From: Pseudomonadota bacterium
Lineage (GTDB): Bacteria; Pseudomonadota; Gammaproteobacteria; Burkholderiales; JACQAP01
Assembly (NCBI GenBank): GCA_038040175.1
Contig: JBBPIT010000008.1
Coordinates: 2,184-66,183, forward strand
DNA length: 64,000 nt
Direction of reading: 5' to 3'
Shown here: positions 26,469-34,529 of the stretch, piece by piece
Numbering within the stretch: the first letter of the stretch is position 1
Layout of the letters: each line of letters begins with the position of its first letter
The notes under the pieces: model-generated
The model's input: only the letters and a program-made list of their open reading frames with translations
The model's database searches: none
What the model was told of the DNA's origin: nothing
Position numbers and translations under genes: made by a program

Positions 26469-26600
26469 TCAGGGCACGACCACCTTCACGTATCGCGGGA
26501 GCAGGCTGAAGCGAATCGGCGTCGCGCCGATCAACTCGCCGTCGGCTTCGCTGTTCAGCGGCGCCGGTTGCGCGGCCAGATCGAAGCCAGTCGTGGCGCG
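26469..26600 (-). pseudogene. C-terminal remnant of a diacylglycerol/lipid kinase (YegS/BmrU-like) gene
   Basis: The tail of the minus ORF reads ...SEADGELIGATPIRFSLLPRYVKVVVP*, resembling the DGE..G.TP......P.AL.V.VP end of this family. There is no upstream catalytic domain. Confidence 0.35.
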
Positions 26601-26671
26601 GCTGCGGAACTGGAATAAACTTGCGGCAACGGATACCCCGGGCAACAGACCTCGACGGGAAGAGCACGCCA

Positions 26672-26740
26672 ATGGAATACGTCAATCTCGGCAAGACCGG
26701 CCTCAAAGTCTCGCGCATCTGCCTCGGCAACCTGCGCTGA
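26672..26740 (+). pseudogene. 22-codon N-terminal remnant of an aldo/keto reductase gene
   Basis: MEYVNLGKTGLKVSRICLGNLR* matches the canonical AKR N-terminus (MEYR.LGKTGLKVS.LCLGT) and is cut off exactly where a REP-like hairpin begins. Confidence 0.5.
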
Positions 26741-26795
26741 ACCACCTCACCCCCCGCCCTCTCCAGCAAGCTGGAGAGGGAGCCAAGAGCTAAGC
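26741..26795. repeat. REP-like single hairpin (CCTCACCCC..CCCTCTCCAGCAAGCTGGAGAGGG)
   Basis: The stem is CCCTCTCCAGC/GCTGGAGAGGG. It is related to the 4383-4542 family. Confidence 0.6.
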
Positions 26796-26826
26796 ACAAA
26801 CGGAGATTGCCGAGCCGCTTACCGAT

Positions 26827-28521
26827 ATGACCGCAATCCGCTTCGACACCTACTACCGCTACGACGACCTGGTGCGCTTCCTCACCGGTTGGGCCGAGGC
26901 GCATCCCGATCTGGTTCGGCTCGAGCCGGTCGGAAAGAGCTACGAGGGGCGCGAGATCTACGTGGTGCGCGTCACCAGCTACAAGACGGGGCTGGACGTG
27001 GACAAGCCCGCCTTCTGGGTGGACGGCAACATCCACGCCACCGAACTGGCGGGTTCCGCCGCGTGCCTGCATCTGATCCAGCGCCTGCTTACCGGCTACG
27101 GGCGCGATCCCGAGATCACCCGCTGCCTCGATACCCGCGCATTCTACGTCTGTCCGCGGGTCAATCCCGACGGCGCGGAATGGGCGCTCGCGGACGTGCC
27201 GAAGCTGATCCGTTCCAGCACCCGGCCCTATCCCTACGACGAGGAACCGGTCGGCGGATTGATCCGGGAGGACGCGGACGGCGACGGGCGCATCCTGTCG
27301 ATGCGCATTCCCGACCCCAACGGGCCGTGGAAACTTTGCTCGGAGGACCCGCGCATTCTGGTCCGCCGCAACCCGACCGAGACTGGCGGACAGTACTACC
27401 GCTTGCTGCCCGAGGGTCGGCTCGAAGACTACGACGGCGTCACCATCAGGCTGCAGACGCGCAAGGAGCGGCTGGATCTCAACCGCAACTTTCCGGCGTA
27501 CTGGCGCACCGAGAACGAACAGGTTGGCGCCGGCCCCTTCCCGACCTCCGAACCGGAGATCGCCGCGATCACCGGCTTCATTGCCCGGCACCCGAACATC
27601 ACCGGCGCGTGCGCGTTCCACACTTACAGCGGCGTGCTGCTGCGCCCGTACTCGCACCTGGCGGATGAACAGATGCCGCCGGAAGACCTGTGGACTTTCC
27701 AGAAGATCGGTGCGAAGGGCACCGAAATCACCGGCTATCCGCACGCCTCGGCGTATCACGAATTCCGCTATCACCCGAAGGAAGTCATCAGCGGCGATTT
27801 CGATTCCTGGATGTACGACCACCGCGGCGTTTACGCCTGGACCGTGGAAATCTGGAGCCCGCAGCGCCAGGCCGGCATCGGCAACTACAAATACATCGAG
27901 TGGTACCGTGAGCATCCGCTCGAAGACGATCTGAAGCTGATGAAATGGAATGACGCCGTCCTGAAGGGCAAGGGCTTCGTGGACTGGTATGCGTTCGACC
28001 ATCCGCAGCTCGGGCGCGTCGAGCTCGGCGGCTGGAACAGCCTCTACACCTGGAACAATCCACCGCATCATCTGCTGGAAAGGGAAATCGCGCCGTTTTC
28101 GCGCTGGCTGGTGTGGCACGCGCTCATCTCTCCGCGGCTGGAAATTCTCGAGGCCTCCGCCACGGCGCTCGGCAAGAATGCCTGGCGCATCAGGCTGGTG
28201 GTGCACAACAGCGGCTGGCTGCCGACTTACGTGACCAGGATGGCGAAACAGAAGAAACTTGCACGCGGTGTGGTGTGCGAAATTGAACTGCCGGAAGGCG
28301 CGGCGCTGGAAACCGGCAAGCTGCGCGAGGAACTCAACCAGCTCGAGGGCCGCGCCTACAAGCCCGCCGCCGCAAACACCTGGGCGGGGTCGAGCGCGGA
28401 CGAGACCGACGACAGGCTTAAAGTGGAGTGGGTGGTGCGTGCGCCCAAAGGCACGACGCTGAAACTCACTGCGCGGCACGAGCGCGCCGGCACGGCGCGC
28501 ACGGAACTGCGCCTGGGGTGA
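26827..28521 (+). CDS. M14-family zinc carboxypeptidase-like protein
   Basis: 564 aa with ...PAFWVDGNIHATELAGSAA (HxxE zinc motif)...YVCPRVNPDGAEW. Confidence 0.85.
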   Translation: MTAIRFDTYYRYDDLVRFLTGWAEAHPDLVRLEPVGKSYEGREIYVVRVTSYKTGLDVDKPAFWVDGNIHATELAGSAACLHLIQRLLTGYGRDPEITRCLDTRAFYVCPRVNPDGAEWALADVPKLIRSSTRPYPYDEEPVGGLIREDADGDGRILSMRIPDPNGPWKLCSEDPRILVRRNPTETGGQYYRLLPEGRLEDYDGVTIRLQTRKERLDLNRNFPAYWRTENEQVGAGPFPTSEPEIAAITGFIARHPNITGACAFHTYSGVLLRPYSHLADEQMPPEDLWTFQKIGAKGTEITGYPHASAYHEFRYHPKEVISGDFDSWMYDHRGVYAWTVEIWSPQRQAGIGNYKYIEWYREHPLEDDLKLMKWNDAVLKGKGFVDWYAFDHPQLGRVELGGWNSLYTWNNPPHHLLEREIAPFSRWLVWHALISPRLEILEASATALGKNAWRIRLVVHNSGWLPTYVTRMAKQKKLARGVVCEIELPEGAALETGKLREELNQLEGRAYKPAAANTWAGSSADETDDRLKVEWVVRAPKGTTLKLTARHERAGTARTELRLG

Positions 28522-28885
28522 ACCGCGATAAGACACTACTTCTTGTTCTCATGTGCTGCCTTGCGGTCGTTCCCGGGTGGCGAAAACCGCCAATAGAACC
28601 TCGGCAATTCCGGCCCGATTTCGTTTTTTCCTTGTCAATGAGGCGCTTGAGTAATACAATGGACTATCGTCGCCAATCCGCACCAACGGTGCAGACGCTG
28701 TCGGGCGACGAGCAAGTCCGCGGACTCCCGCCGAAATTCAGGGGCCACGCGCCCCTGATCATGCAACACCCAACTCAGCCGATTCCGATGTTCGACGTCC
28801 GGTATCCGGTTTGCCACAGGCCGGCAGTGTTTGCGCCCGTGACGAGTCCGCAATAGAGCAATTCGGGTTTCTATGGAGGCAAGAC

Positions 28886-29113
28886 ATGCAGAAGCAGACT
28901 GTTCCCACCGCGCGTTACGTTGAGTTGCTCAACGAGGAAATCAAACGGCACCCTTACTACCAGAAAGGGATGCAGTTTGTCGCGGCGCCCTCTCCCTATA
29001 CCGCCCCCCAGCTGCTGGATGTCACGTGGGACAAGGAAAAATGGAGTGAGTACAACTTCGTTTTCGCAGCCGCCCATCGTGTCGTGCGGGCGAGGTACCA
29101 CGCCAAGTCATAG
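28886..29113 (+). CDS. small hypothetical protein (75 aa)
   Basis: The ATG is preceded by a GGAGG RBS (TATGGAGGCAAGACATG). The protein begins MQKQTVPTARYVELLNEEIKRHPYYQKGMQF... and I recognise no family. Confidence 0.45.
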   Translation: MQKQTVPTARYVELLNEEIKRHPYYQKGMQFVAAPSPYTAPQLLDVTWDKEKWSEYNFVFAAAHRVVRARYHAKS

Positions 29114-29460
29114 CAGTTTGATGATCCGCGCGGACTCCTCCCGTCCGCGCGCACTCCTGCAAGCTCCGGCGCGCCAGTGCGCGCGTCAAGCCGGGACAGT
29201 TCCCCGACTCGATCCTGCTACATGTCGGCCTGACTCCGTTCCTCGATTACCCTGTGCCGTGTCCAGACCACTTTGGCACGCCGCTTTTCCAGCGCCGTCG
29301 GCAGGAACTTCAATCCCAGAACTGTTGAAGATTCGGCGGCGGCAAGCTGAATGTCGCACAGAAAAACGACGACCAGTTGGGTCAGCAGAAAACTTGATGT
29401 GTGGTAATTGAGATTTGATCGATCGAGCAACGTCAGATCGGATCGAACCAACTTCCTGCA

Positions 29461-29546
29461 TTTCCCTCATCCTCAGCCCTTCTCCCGGAGGGAGAAGGGA
29501 GCTATCTTCCCTCTCCTTCCGGGAGAGGGATCGAGGGTGAGGGAAA
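29461..29546. repeat. REP-like double hairpin (short relative of the 4383-4542 element)
   Basis: The sequence is TTTCCCTCATCCTCAGCCCTTCTCCCGGAGGGAGAAGGG...CCCTCTCCTTCCGGGAGAGGGATCGAGGGTGAGGGAAAA. Confidence 0.7.
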
Positions 29547-29596
29547 ACGGTGCAGCCCGAGACACAACAAAATACGCAACGGCGCAATTGCCGGCC

Positions 29597-30163
29597 TTAC
29601 TGATTCTTCTGATAAGTCCCCACCAACACCGCCTGCTCGATGACATGCCCCTTCATCGCTTTCTCAACATCGGCCTTGCGCGGTTTCTTCAAGTTCGGAA
29701 GAATGGTATCGAGCGCGTAAAGCTTGTGGAAGTAGCGGTGGCGCCCGACCGGCGGACACGGGCCGCCGTAGCCGGTGCGCTGGAAATCGCTCATGCCATC
29801 CAGCGTTCCTTCGGGCACTTCGTCCGGCGAGACACCTTGCGGCAGACCCGTCGCAGAGGGCGGGATGTTGTAGAGCACCCAATGGACCCAAGTCATCCGC
29901 GGCGCCGCCGGATCGGGTGCGTCGGGATCATCGACGATGAACACCAGGCTCTTTGCGTTTTCCGGAACACCGCTCCACGCCAGCGGCGGAGAGACGTCTT
30001 TTCCCTGGCAGGTGTGGAGCTTGGGGATGCCGCCTTCATGCCCGAAGGCGGACGATGTCAGCTTGAGCGTCATGGGTTGTTCCTCCTTTGCATGGACACA
30101 CTGGGTTGCCAATGCGGACAAAATGACCACGGCAAACGCTATCCACGGCAACTCCCGCCGCAT
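29597..30163 (-). CDS. YbhB/YbcL family Raf-kinase-inhibitor-like (PEBP) protein, secreted
   Basis: I take the start at MRRELPWIAFAVVILSALATQCVHA, a signal peptide. Motifs are ...FIVDDPDAP...WVHWVLYNIP...GYGGPCPPVGRHRYFHKLYALD. Confidence 0.85.
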   Translation of the reverse strand: MRRELPWIAFAVVILSALATQCVHAKEEQPMTLKLTSSAFGHEGGIPKLHTCQGKDVSPPLAWSGVPENAKSLVFIVDDPDAPDPAAPRMTWVHWVLYNIPPSATGLPQGVSPDEVPEGTLDGMSDFQRTGYGGPCPPVGRHRYFHKLYALDTILPNLKKPRKADVEKAMKGHVIEQAVLVGTYQKNQ

Positions 30164-30215
30164 CCGCGGCCCCGGCGAATCACTTGCCGCGTGCGGACCC
30201 GGAACCACCGTCACG

Positions 30216-30695
30216 TCACTTGATCCCGCCCAACCACACCAGAACGTCGCCCTTCTCTTTCGCCGTGCATTCGCGCTTGAACACCAGCGTGCAGTTCACC
30301 CGCAGGAAGTCTTCCACGGTCTGCGGATCGGTCAGGCGCTTCGCGTTCGCCGATGGCGCCAGCGGCGGAATCTTCCGCACTTTCGCCTTTTTTGGATTGG
30401 GGTGCTCTTCGTCATTGATGACGTGACAGGCGCGGCACAGGATCTTGCTCTCGTGCGCGATGATCATTTCACGAGGATCGGGAAGGTGGCAGGAGGCACA
30501 GGTGACGAAACCGAGGCCGCGGATGATTCCCTTTTCGTGGTAGAGCTTCTCCCCGCGTTCGGCCGAGAACCCGTCGAAACCCGGGTCTTCCTGCCTGGCC
30601 ACGTCCGCATAGTGATCGAGTATCTGTCGCGTCGGTCCGGCATGGAGAACCGCCGGCCAGAGAACAAGTCCCAGAACCGCCGCGAATCGCCTCAT
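30216..30695 (-). CDS. DUF1924-type c-type haem protein (two CxxCH)
   Basis: I take the start at MRRFAAVLGLVLWPAVLHA, a signal peptide. It has CASCH and CRACH, and the C-terminal block RLTDPQTVEDFLRVNCTLVFKRECTAKEKGDVLVWL is typical of DUF1924. Confidence 0.75.
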   Translation of the reverse strand: MRRFAAVLGLVLWPAVLHAGPTRQILDHYADVARQEDPGFDGFSAERGEKLYHEKGIIRGLGFVTCASCHLPDPREMIIAHESKILCRACHVINDEEHPNPKKAKVRKIPPLAPSANAKRLTDPQTVEDFLRVNCTLVFKRECTAKEKGDVLVWLGGIK

Positions 30696-30777
30696 TGCAC
30701 CCCTCCTCCGAGAGATTATTCGAAGCTTCTTTCTATCGGACATTTGCGGCCGGCATGCTTTCAAAGCCATGCTGCCG

Positions 30778-31083
30778 CTAGAACCGCATCCTGCCAGTGA
30801 GGATGTCTTTCCACATTACCCAGTCCCCGGCAAAACTGTAAAGCGGATACTTGAATGTCGCGGGATGATTCTTCTCGAACAGGTAATGCCCGCTGAAAGC
30901 AAAAGCATAGCCGGTGACAAACGCGGCCAGCAACCACCACCCGTTCAGCATGACGACGCCGGCGACGAACATCGCCAGCCCGATCGAGGTGCCGATGAAG
31001 TGAAGCCGCCGGCTGTTGCGATTGGCGTGCTCGCTCAGATAGAACGGGTAAAAGTCCTTGAACGTGCGGTAGCGGCTTCCCAT
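30778..31083 (-). CDS. DUF962 / Mpo1-like membrane protein
   Basis: 101 aa, MGSRYRTFKDFYPFYLSEHANRNSRRLHFIGTS...FSGHYLFEKNHPATFKYP. Confidence 0.75.
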   Translation of the reverse strand: MGSRYRTFKDFYPFYLSEHANRNSRRLHFIGTSIGLAMFVAGVVMLNGWWLLAAFVTGYAFAFSGHYLFEKNHPATFKYPLYSFAGDWVMWKDILTGRMRF

Positions 31084-31091
31084 GACAGAAC

Positions 31092-31181
31092 TCGTGGTTC
31101 GTGGCTCGTGGTTCGTGGTTCGTGGTTCGTGGTTCGTGGTTCGTGGTTCGTGGCTCGTGGTTCGTGGTTCGTGGTTCGTTG
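31092..31181. repeat. 7-bp tandem repeat TCGTGGY x12 (+ partial)
   Basis: Direct read: TCGTGGT TCGTGGC TCGTGGT x6 TCGTGGC TCGTGGT x3 TCGTTG. The ORFs across it (VRGSWF periodicity) are artefacts. Confidence 0.9.
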
Positions 31182-31338
31182 AAAAATCTAGCTTTGTTTT
31201 TTTGTGATTGCTCGTATGAAACGCTGTTGATCCTGTTTCGCCTTCGCGTCCTTTATTTTTCCCTTTGCGCCCTTCGCGTCAACGCCTTAACGCCGGTCAT
31301 CGGCCGGCTGCATTTCGCTGAGTCCCGAGCCCTGATTC

Positions 31339-31971
31339 TCAGGACGGGTACTTCCGGTGCAATTCCTCAACCTGTTCGGGAGAGAGAATCTTGAGCCGAT
31401 TGCCTCTCAACATCAAATACAGTTTCGCCGTCTCCTCCAGCTCCTCCGTGGCGTATACCGCGGCCTCGAGGTCCTTGCCGGCCACCACCGGGCCGTGGTT
31501 GGCGAGCAGGATCGCGTGATGCTTGCCGGCGACTTCGCGCACCGCGTTGGCGAGCGTCATGTCGCCCGGCGGGTAATAAGGCAACAGCACGAGGTTCCCG
31601 ATCTTCATCACGTAGTAGGCGGTAATCGGCGGAATCGGCTGTTTCGGGTCGGTATCGGAGAGGCAGGACACCGCCACCGAATGAGTGGAGTGCAGGTGCA
31701 CGATGGCACCGGCGGACGGCCGCTGCTCGTACACCGACAGATGCAGAAAGGCTTCCTTGGTCGGCTTACCGCCGGAAACCAGATTGCCCTTCGCGTCGAT
31801 TTTGGAAATGGTGGCCGGATCGAGCCGCCCCAGGCAGGAGTTGGTCGGCGTCATCAGCCAGCCGTCGTCCACCCGCGCACTGATGTTGCCCGAGCTTCCG
31901 GGTGTGAGTCCGCGATCGAACATGGACTTGCCAAGTATGCAGATCTCTTCCCTGAGTTTCGCTTCGTTCAT
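31339..31971 (-). CDS. otnC: class II aldolase/adducin-family protein, 3-oxo-tetronate 4-phosphate decarboxylase-like
   Basis: The start MNEAKLREEICILGKSMFDRGLTPGSSGNISARV... was verified as ATG at 31971. It is paired with a four-carbon acid-sugar kinase gene upstream. Confidence 0.65.
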   Translation of the reverse strand: MNEAKLREEICILGKSMFDRGLTPGSSGNISARVDDGWLMTPTNSCLGRLDPATISKIDAKGNLVSGGKPTKEAFLHLSVYEQRPSAGAIVHLHSTHSVAVSCLSDTDPKQPIPPITAYYVMKIGNLVLLPYYPPGDMTLANAVREVAGKHHAILLANHGPVVAGKDLEAAVYATEELEETAKLYLMLRGNRLKILSPEQVEELHRKYPS

Positions 31972-31996
31972 TTTTTGTTTTGACAAAAGTCTAATC

Positions 31997-32160
31997 TCAC
32001 CACGAAGGCACGAAGACACGAAGAAAACAGGAAGGTTGGCGAAAACCGGGACCTCCCAGCTTGTTCGCGCATTGCAGCAGCGCCTCTGGCGATCACCGGT
32101 ATCGCATCACAATTATGCTAAGAATTCGAGTTCCTTCGTGTCTTCGTGCCTTCGTGGTGA
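31997..32160. repeat. CACGAAGG-arm hairpin element (both arms), intercistronic
   Basis: TCACCACGAAGGCACGAAGACACGAAG pairs with CTTCGTGTCTTCGTGCCTTCGTGGTGA. It lies between otnK and otnC. Confidence 0.8.
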
Positions 32161-32168
32161 ACGAGTCC

Positions 32169-33434
32169 TCAAGGTTGAACCTTGAACGCCTTGGTGAAGA
32201 AATCCGCAGTGCCGAAGTTGCCGGACTTCAACGCAAGCGCCAACGCCGGCTCGCCGATCGAAAACGTCCAGGGAACCCCAGGGTCGATCTCCGGGCCGAT
32301 TTCGAGGCCCTCGACGCCGAGCGCGCCCACCACCGCGCCGGAAGTCTCGCCACCGGCAACCACCAGCCGCCGCACACCATCCGCCACCAGCCCCTTGGCG
32401 ATCTTGCCCAGGGTTTCTTCAACCAGCGCGCCGGCATGCTCGCGGCCGAGGCGTTCCTGCACCGCCTTCACCTGCCCGGGAGTGGCGGTCGAATAGATCA
32501 GGACCGGCTTTTCGGAAAGCCGGCTCGCGGCCCAGTTGAGCGCTTCCTGCGCGAGGTCGCGGCCGGAAGCAATTGCCGTCGGCTCGAGTTCGAAGAACTC
32601 GTGATCCTGTTTCATCAGTGCGACCTGCCCCTGGGTCGCGACCGAGCAGGATCCTGCCAGCACGGCGGTGGGGCCGGTGACTTTCGGCAACTGGGAGTGC
32701 TGGCCGCTTTTCATCAGGCCCTTGCGAACGAAGTTCGCGGGCAGGCCCATCGCCATTCCGGAGCCACCGGTGACGAGCTTCAGATCGGCGCAGGCTTCGC
32801 CCAACGTTACCAGATGTTCGTCGGTGATCGAGTCGAGGATCGCATGGCGGATGCCCTGCTTGCGGAGCTTTTCGAAGGCGTCGCGGATCGCCTCGACTCC
32901 CTCCACGATGGTCGCGTACGGCACCAATCCGACCTTGTGCCTGGTCTGACGCTGCAGCACCCGGACCAGCGAAGGATCGGTCATCGGGGTGAGCGGATGG
33001 TGACGCATCCCGGATTCGGATAGCAGTTCGTCGCCGACGAACAGATACCCCTTGTAGACGGTGCGCTTGTTGGTCGGAAACGCCGGGTTGAACACAGTGA
33101 AGTCCGCGCCGATCGCATCCAGCATCGCGTCGGCGACGGGGCCGATGTTGCCCTTGTCGGTGGAATCGAAGGTCGAACAGTATTTGAAGTAGAACTGCTT
33201 CGCGCCCTGTTGCCGCAACCAGTCGAGAGCAGCGAGCGACATGGTGACCGCCTCGTTGGCAGGATTGCTGCGCGACTTGAGCGCCACGATGATGCAGTCT
33301 GCGGCGGGCACTTTCAGCCCCGGACGCGGCACGCCCAACAATTGCACGGTGCGCATGTGGGCCCTGACCAGCGTGTTGGCGAGATCGGTCGCACCGGTGA
33401 AGTCGTCGGCGACGCAGCCAAGCAGGATGCTCAT
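32169..33434 (-). CDS. otnK: four-carbon acid-sugar kinase family protein, 3-oxo-tetronate kinase-like
   Basis: I take the start at MSILLGCVADDFTGATDLANTLV..., the family N-terminal motif (codon 49 of track ORF 32169..33578). Coordinates come from track frame arithmetic. Confidence 0.65.
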   Translation of the reverse strand: MSILLGCVADDFTGATDLANTLVRAHMRTVQLLGVPRPGLKVPAADCIIVALKSRSNPANEAVTMSLAALDWLRQQGAKQFYFKYCSTFDSTDKGNIGPVADAMLDAIGADFTVFNPAFPTNKRTVYKGYLFVGDELLSESGMRHHPLTPMTDPSLVRVLQRQTRHKVGLVPYATIVEGVEAIRDAFEKLRKQGIRHAILDSITDEHLVTLGEACADLKLVTGGSGMAMGLPANFVRKGLMKSGQHSQLPKVTGPTAVLAGSCSVATQGQVALMKQDHEFFELEPTAIASGRDLAQEALNWAASRLSEKPVLIYSTATPGQVKAVQERLGREHAGALVEETLGKIAKGLVADGVRRLVVAGGETSGAVVGALGVEGLEIGPEIDPGVPWTFSIGEPALALALKSGNFGTADFFTKAFKVQP

Positions 33435-33549
33435 GGCGCGGCTCCCGGGGAAATGCATTCGAACACGAGGACTTCCTCCCTGATATGTGGTTGTATTTGG
33501 GCATAATGGTACCGAAACCCGGGGTCGAAAGCCCGGAGTCTTCGCACCA

Positions 33550-33735
33550 ATGACCGAAGTCATTGGAATAGACCACATCTATATCGCAGTGAGCGACCTC
33601 GGTCGTTCCGAGGCGTTCTATGACAAGGCAATGGCCGCCCTCGGCTTCAGGAAAAACTCGTTCACCATCGGTGGCGACCCGCACGTTCAATACTTCAACC
33701 GGCATTTCGGCTTTGTGCTGCGGCCGGCCACTGGC
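33550..33735 (+). pseudogene. N-terminal 62-codon remnant of a VOC (glyoxalase/bleomycin-resistance fold) gene
   Basis: MTEVIGIDHIYIAVSDLGRSEAFYDKAMAALGFRKNSFTIGGDPHVQYFNRHFGFVLRPATG is a good VOC beta-alpha-beta-beta-beta start. The rest of track ORF 33487..33906 is antisense to the GST gene and looks non-coding. Confidence 0.55.
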
Positions 33736-33739
33736 CGCC

Positions 33740-34390
33740 TCACGTCTTGGCTTTCCAGTGCGGGGGATAGGTCTTGTCGAAGTACGGCAGCGCTTCGATG
33801 CGCTTCATCCATGCGCCGAGCTTCGGTCCGATCGCGCTGCGCACATCCAGATCCGGCTTCTTCTTTTCCATGCGCAGGCACAGCGCGATCATGGGATAAA
33901 GCGTGAGGTCCGCAGCGGAAAGTTCGCCGGCCAGATAATCGCCGGACAGGTAAGCCTCGAAAATTCCGAGTTCCCTGCCCAGGGCCCTGCGCGCGGAGGC
34001 GATCTCGCCGGCATCCCACTTGTCCTGCGGCGTGAACAGCACCTGGTCCACCAGCCGTTCCTGCGCGTGGGCGAAGTACTCGTCCGCTTCACGCACCAGC
34101 CGCCGGATCACCGCGCGCTGTTTGGTATTGCCGGGAATGAGCTTCTTTCCTGAAGCGTACTGCTCGTCCAGGTATTCCACGATTGCGGCCGATTCGTACA
34201 GGGCCAGGTCGCCGTCGGTGATCGCAGGCACTTTGTGGCGCGGGTTGATCTTCAGGAACTCGGGCTTCTTGAGGTCGCCCGCCGAGAACGAGATCGTCTT
34301 CAATTCGTAGGCAATCGCCTTGTGCTCGAGCGCAAGCCAGACCCGCCAGGCATAGGGCGAGCCGGAACCGTAAAAAAAGGTAAGAGCCAC
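33740..34390 (-). CDS. glutathione S-transferase family protein
   Basis: 216 aa, MALTFFYGSGSPYAWRVWLALEHKAI...NPRHKVPAITDGDLALYESAAIVEYL, with a GTG start. Confidence 0.85.
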   Translation of the reverse strand: MALTFFYGSGSPYAWRVWLALEHKAIAYELKTISFSAGDLKKPEFLKINPRHKVPAITDGDLALYESAAIVEYLDEQYASGKKLIPGNTKQRAVIRRLVREADEYFAHAQERLVDQVLFTPQDKWDAGEIASARRALGRELGIFEAYLSGDYLAGELSAADLTLYPMIALCLRMEKKKPDLDVRSAIGPKLGAWMKRIEALPYFDKTYPPHWKAKT

Positions 34391-34529
34391 TCGTTTTCTC
34401 CCAGTTTACGTAATTGGCCGGCCTTCCATTAGACATGCACTCGTGACGACGTGACGAGGTTAGGGCTGAAACCGGCAAACCAGCGCTGTAATATTGATGT
34501 GTTGTTTAACCACCTCATTGTGCAACGAG

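Noticed and set aside
30769-31394. ORFs 30769..31182 + and 31101..31394 + crossing the heptamer array (translation ...RGSWFVVRGSWFVVRGSWF...).
   Set aside because: The periodic peptide is simply the 7-bp tandem repeat read in frame. There is no start context or family resemblance, and 30769..31182 is antisense to the DUF962 gene.
33420-33601. An apparent 1-nt disagreement between my manual base counting and the ORF-track coordinates for features between about 33420 and 33600, which could suggest a frameshift in otnK or the VOC stub.
   Set aside because: The track translations are continuous and self-consistent. Coordinates agree again on both sides (32169 and 33904/34390). I attribute the disagreement to my reading of the printed lines and used track frame arithmetic. 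No frameshift is claimed.
33487-33906. The 139-aa ORF taken as an intact VOC protein.
   Set aside because: Only the first ~62 residues after the internal Met look VOC-like. The remainder is antisense to the GST gene and compositionally aberrant. I treat it as a truncated remnant.
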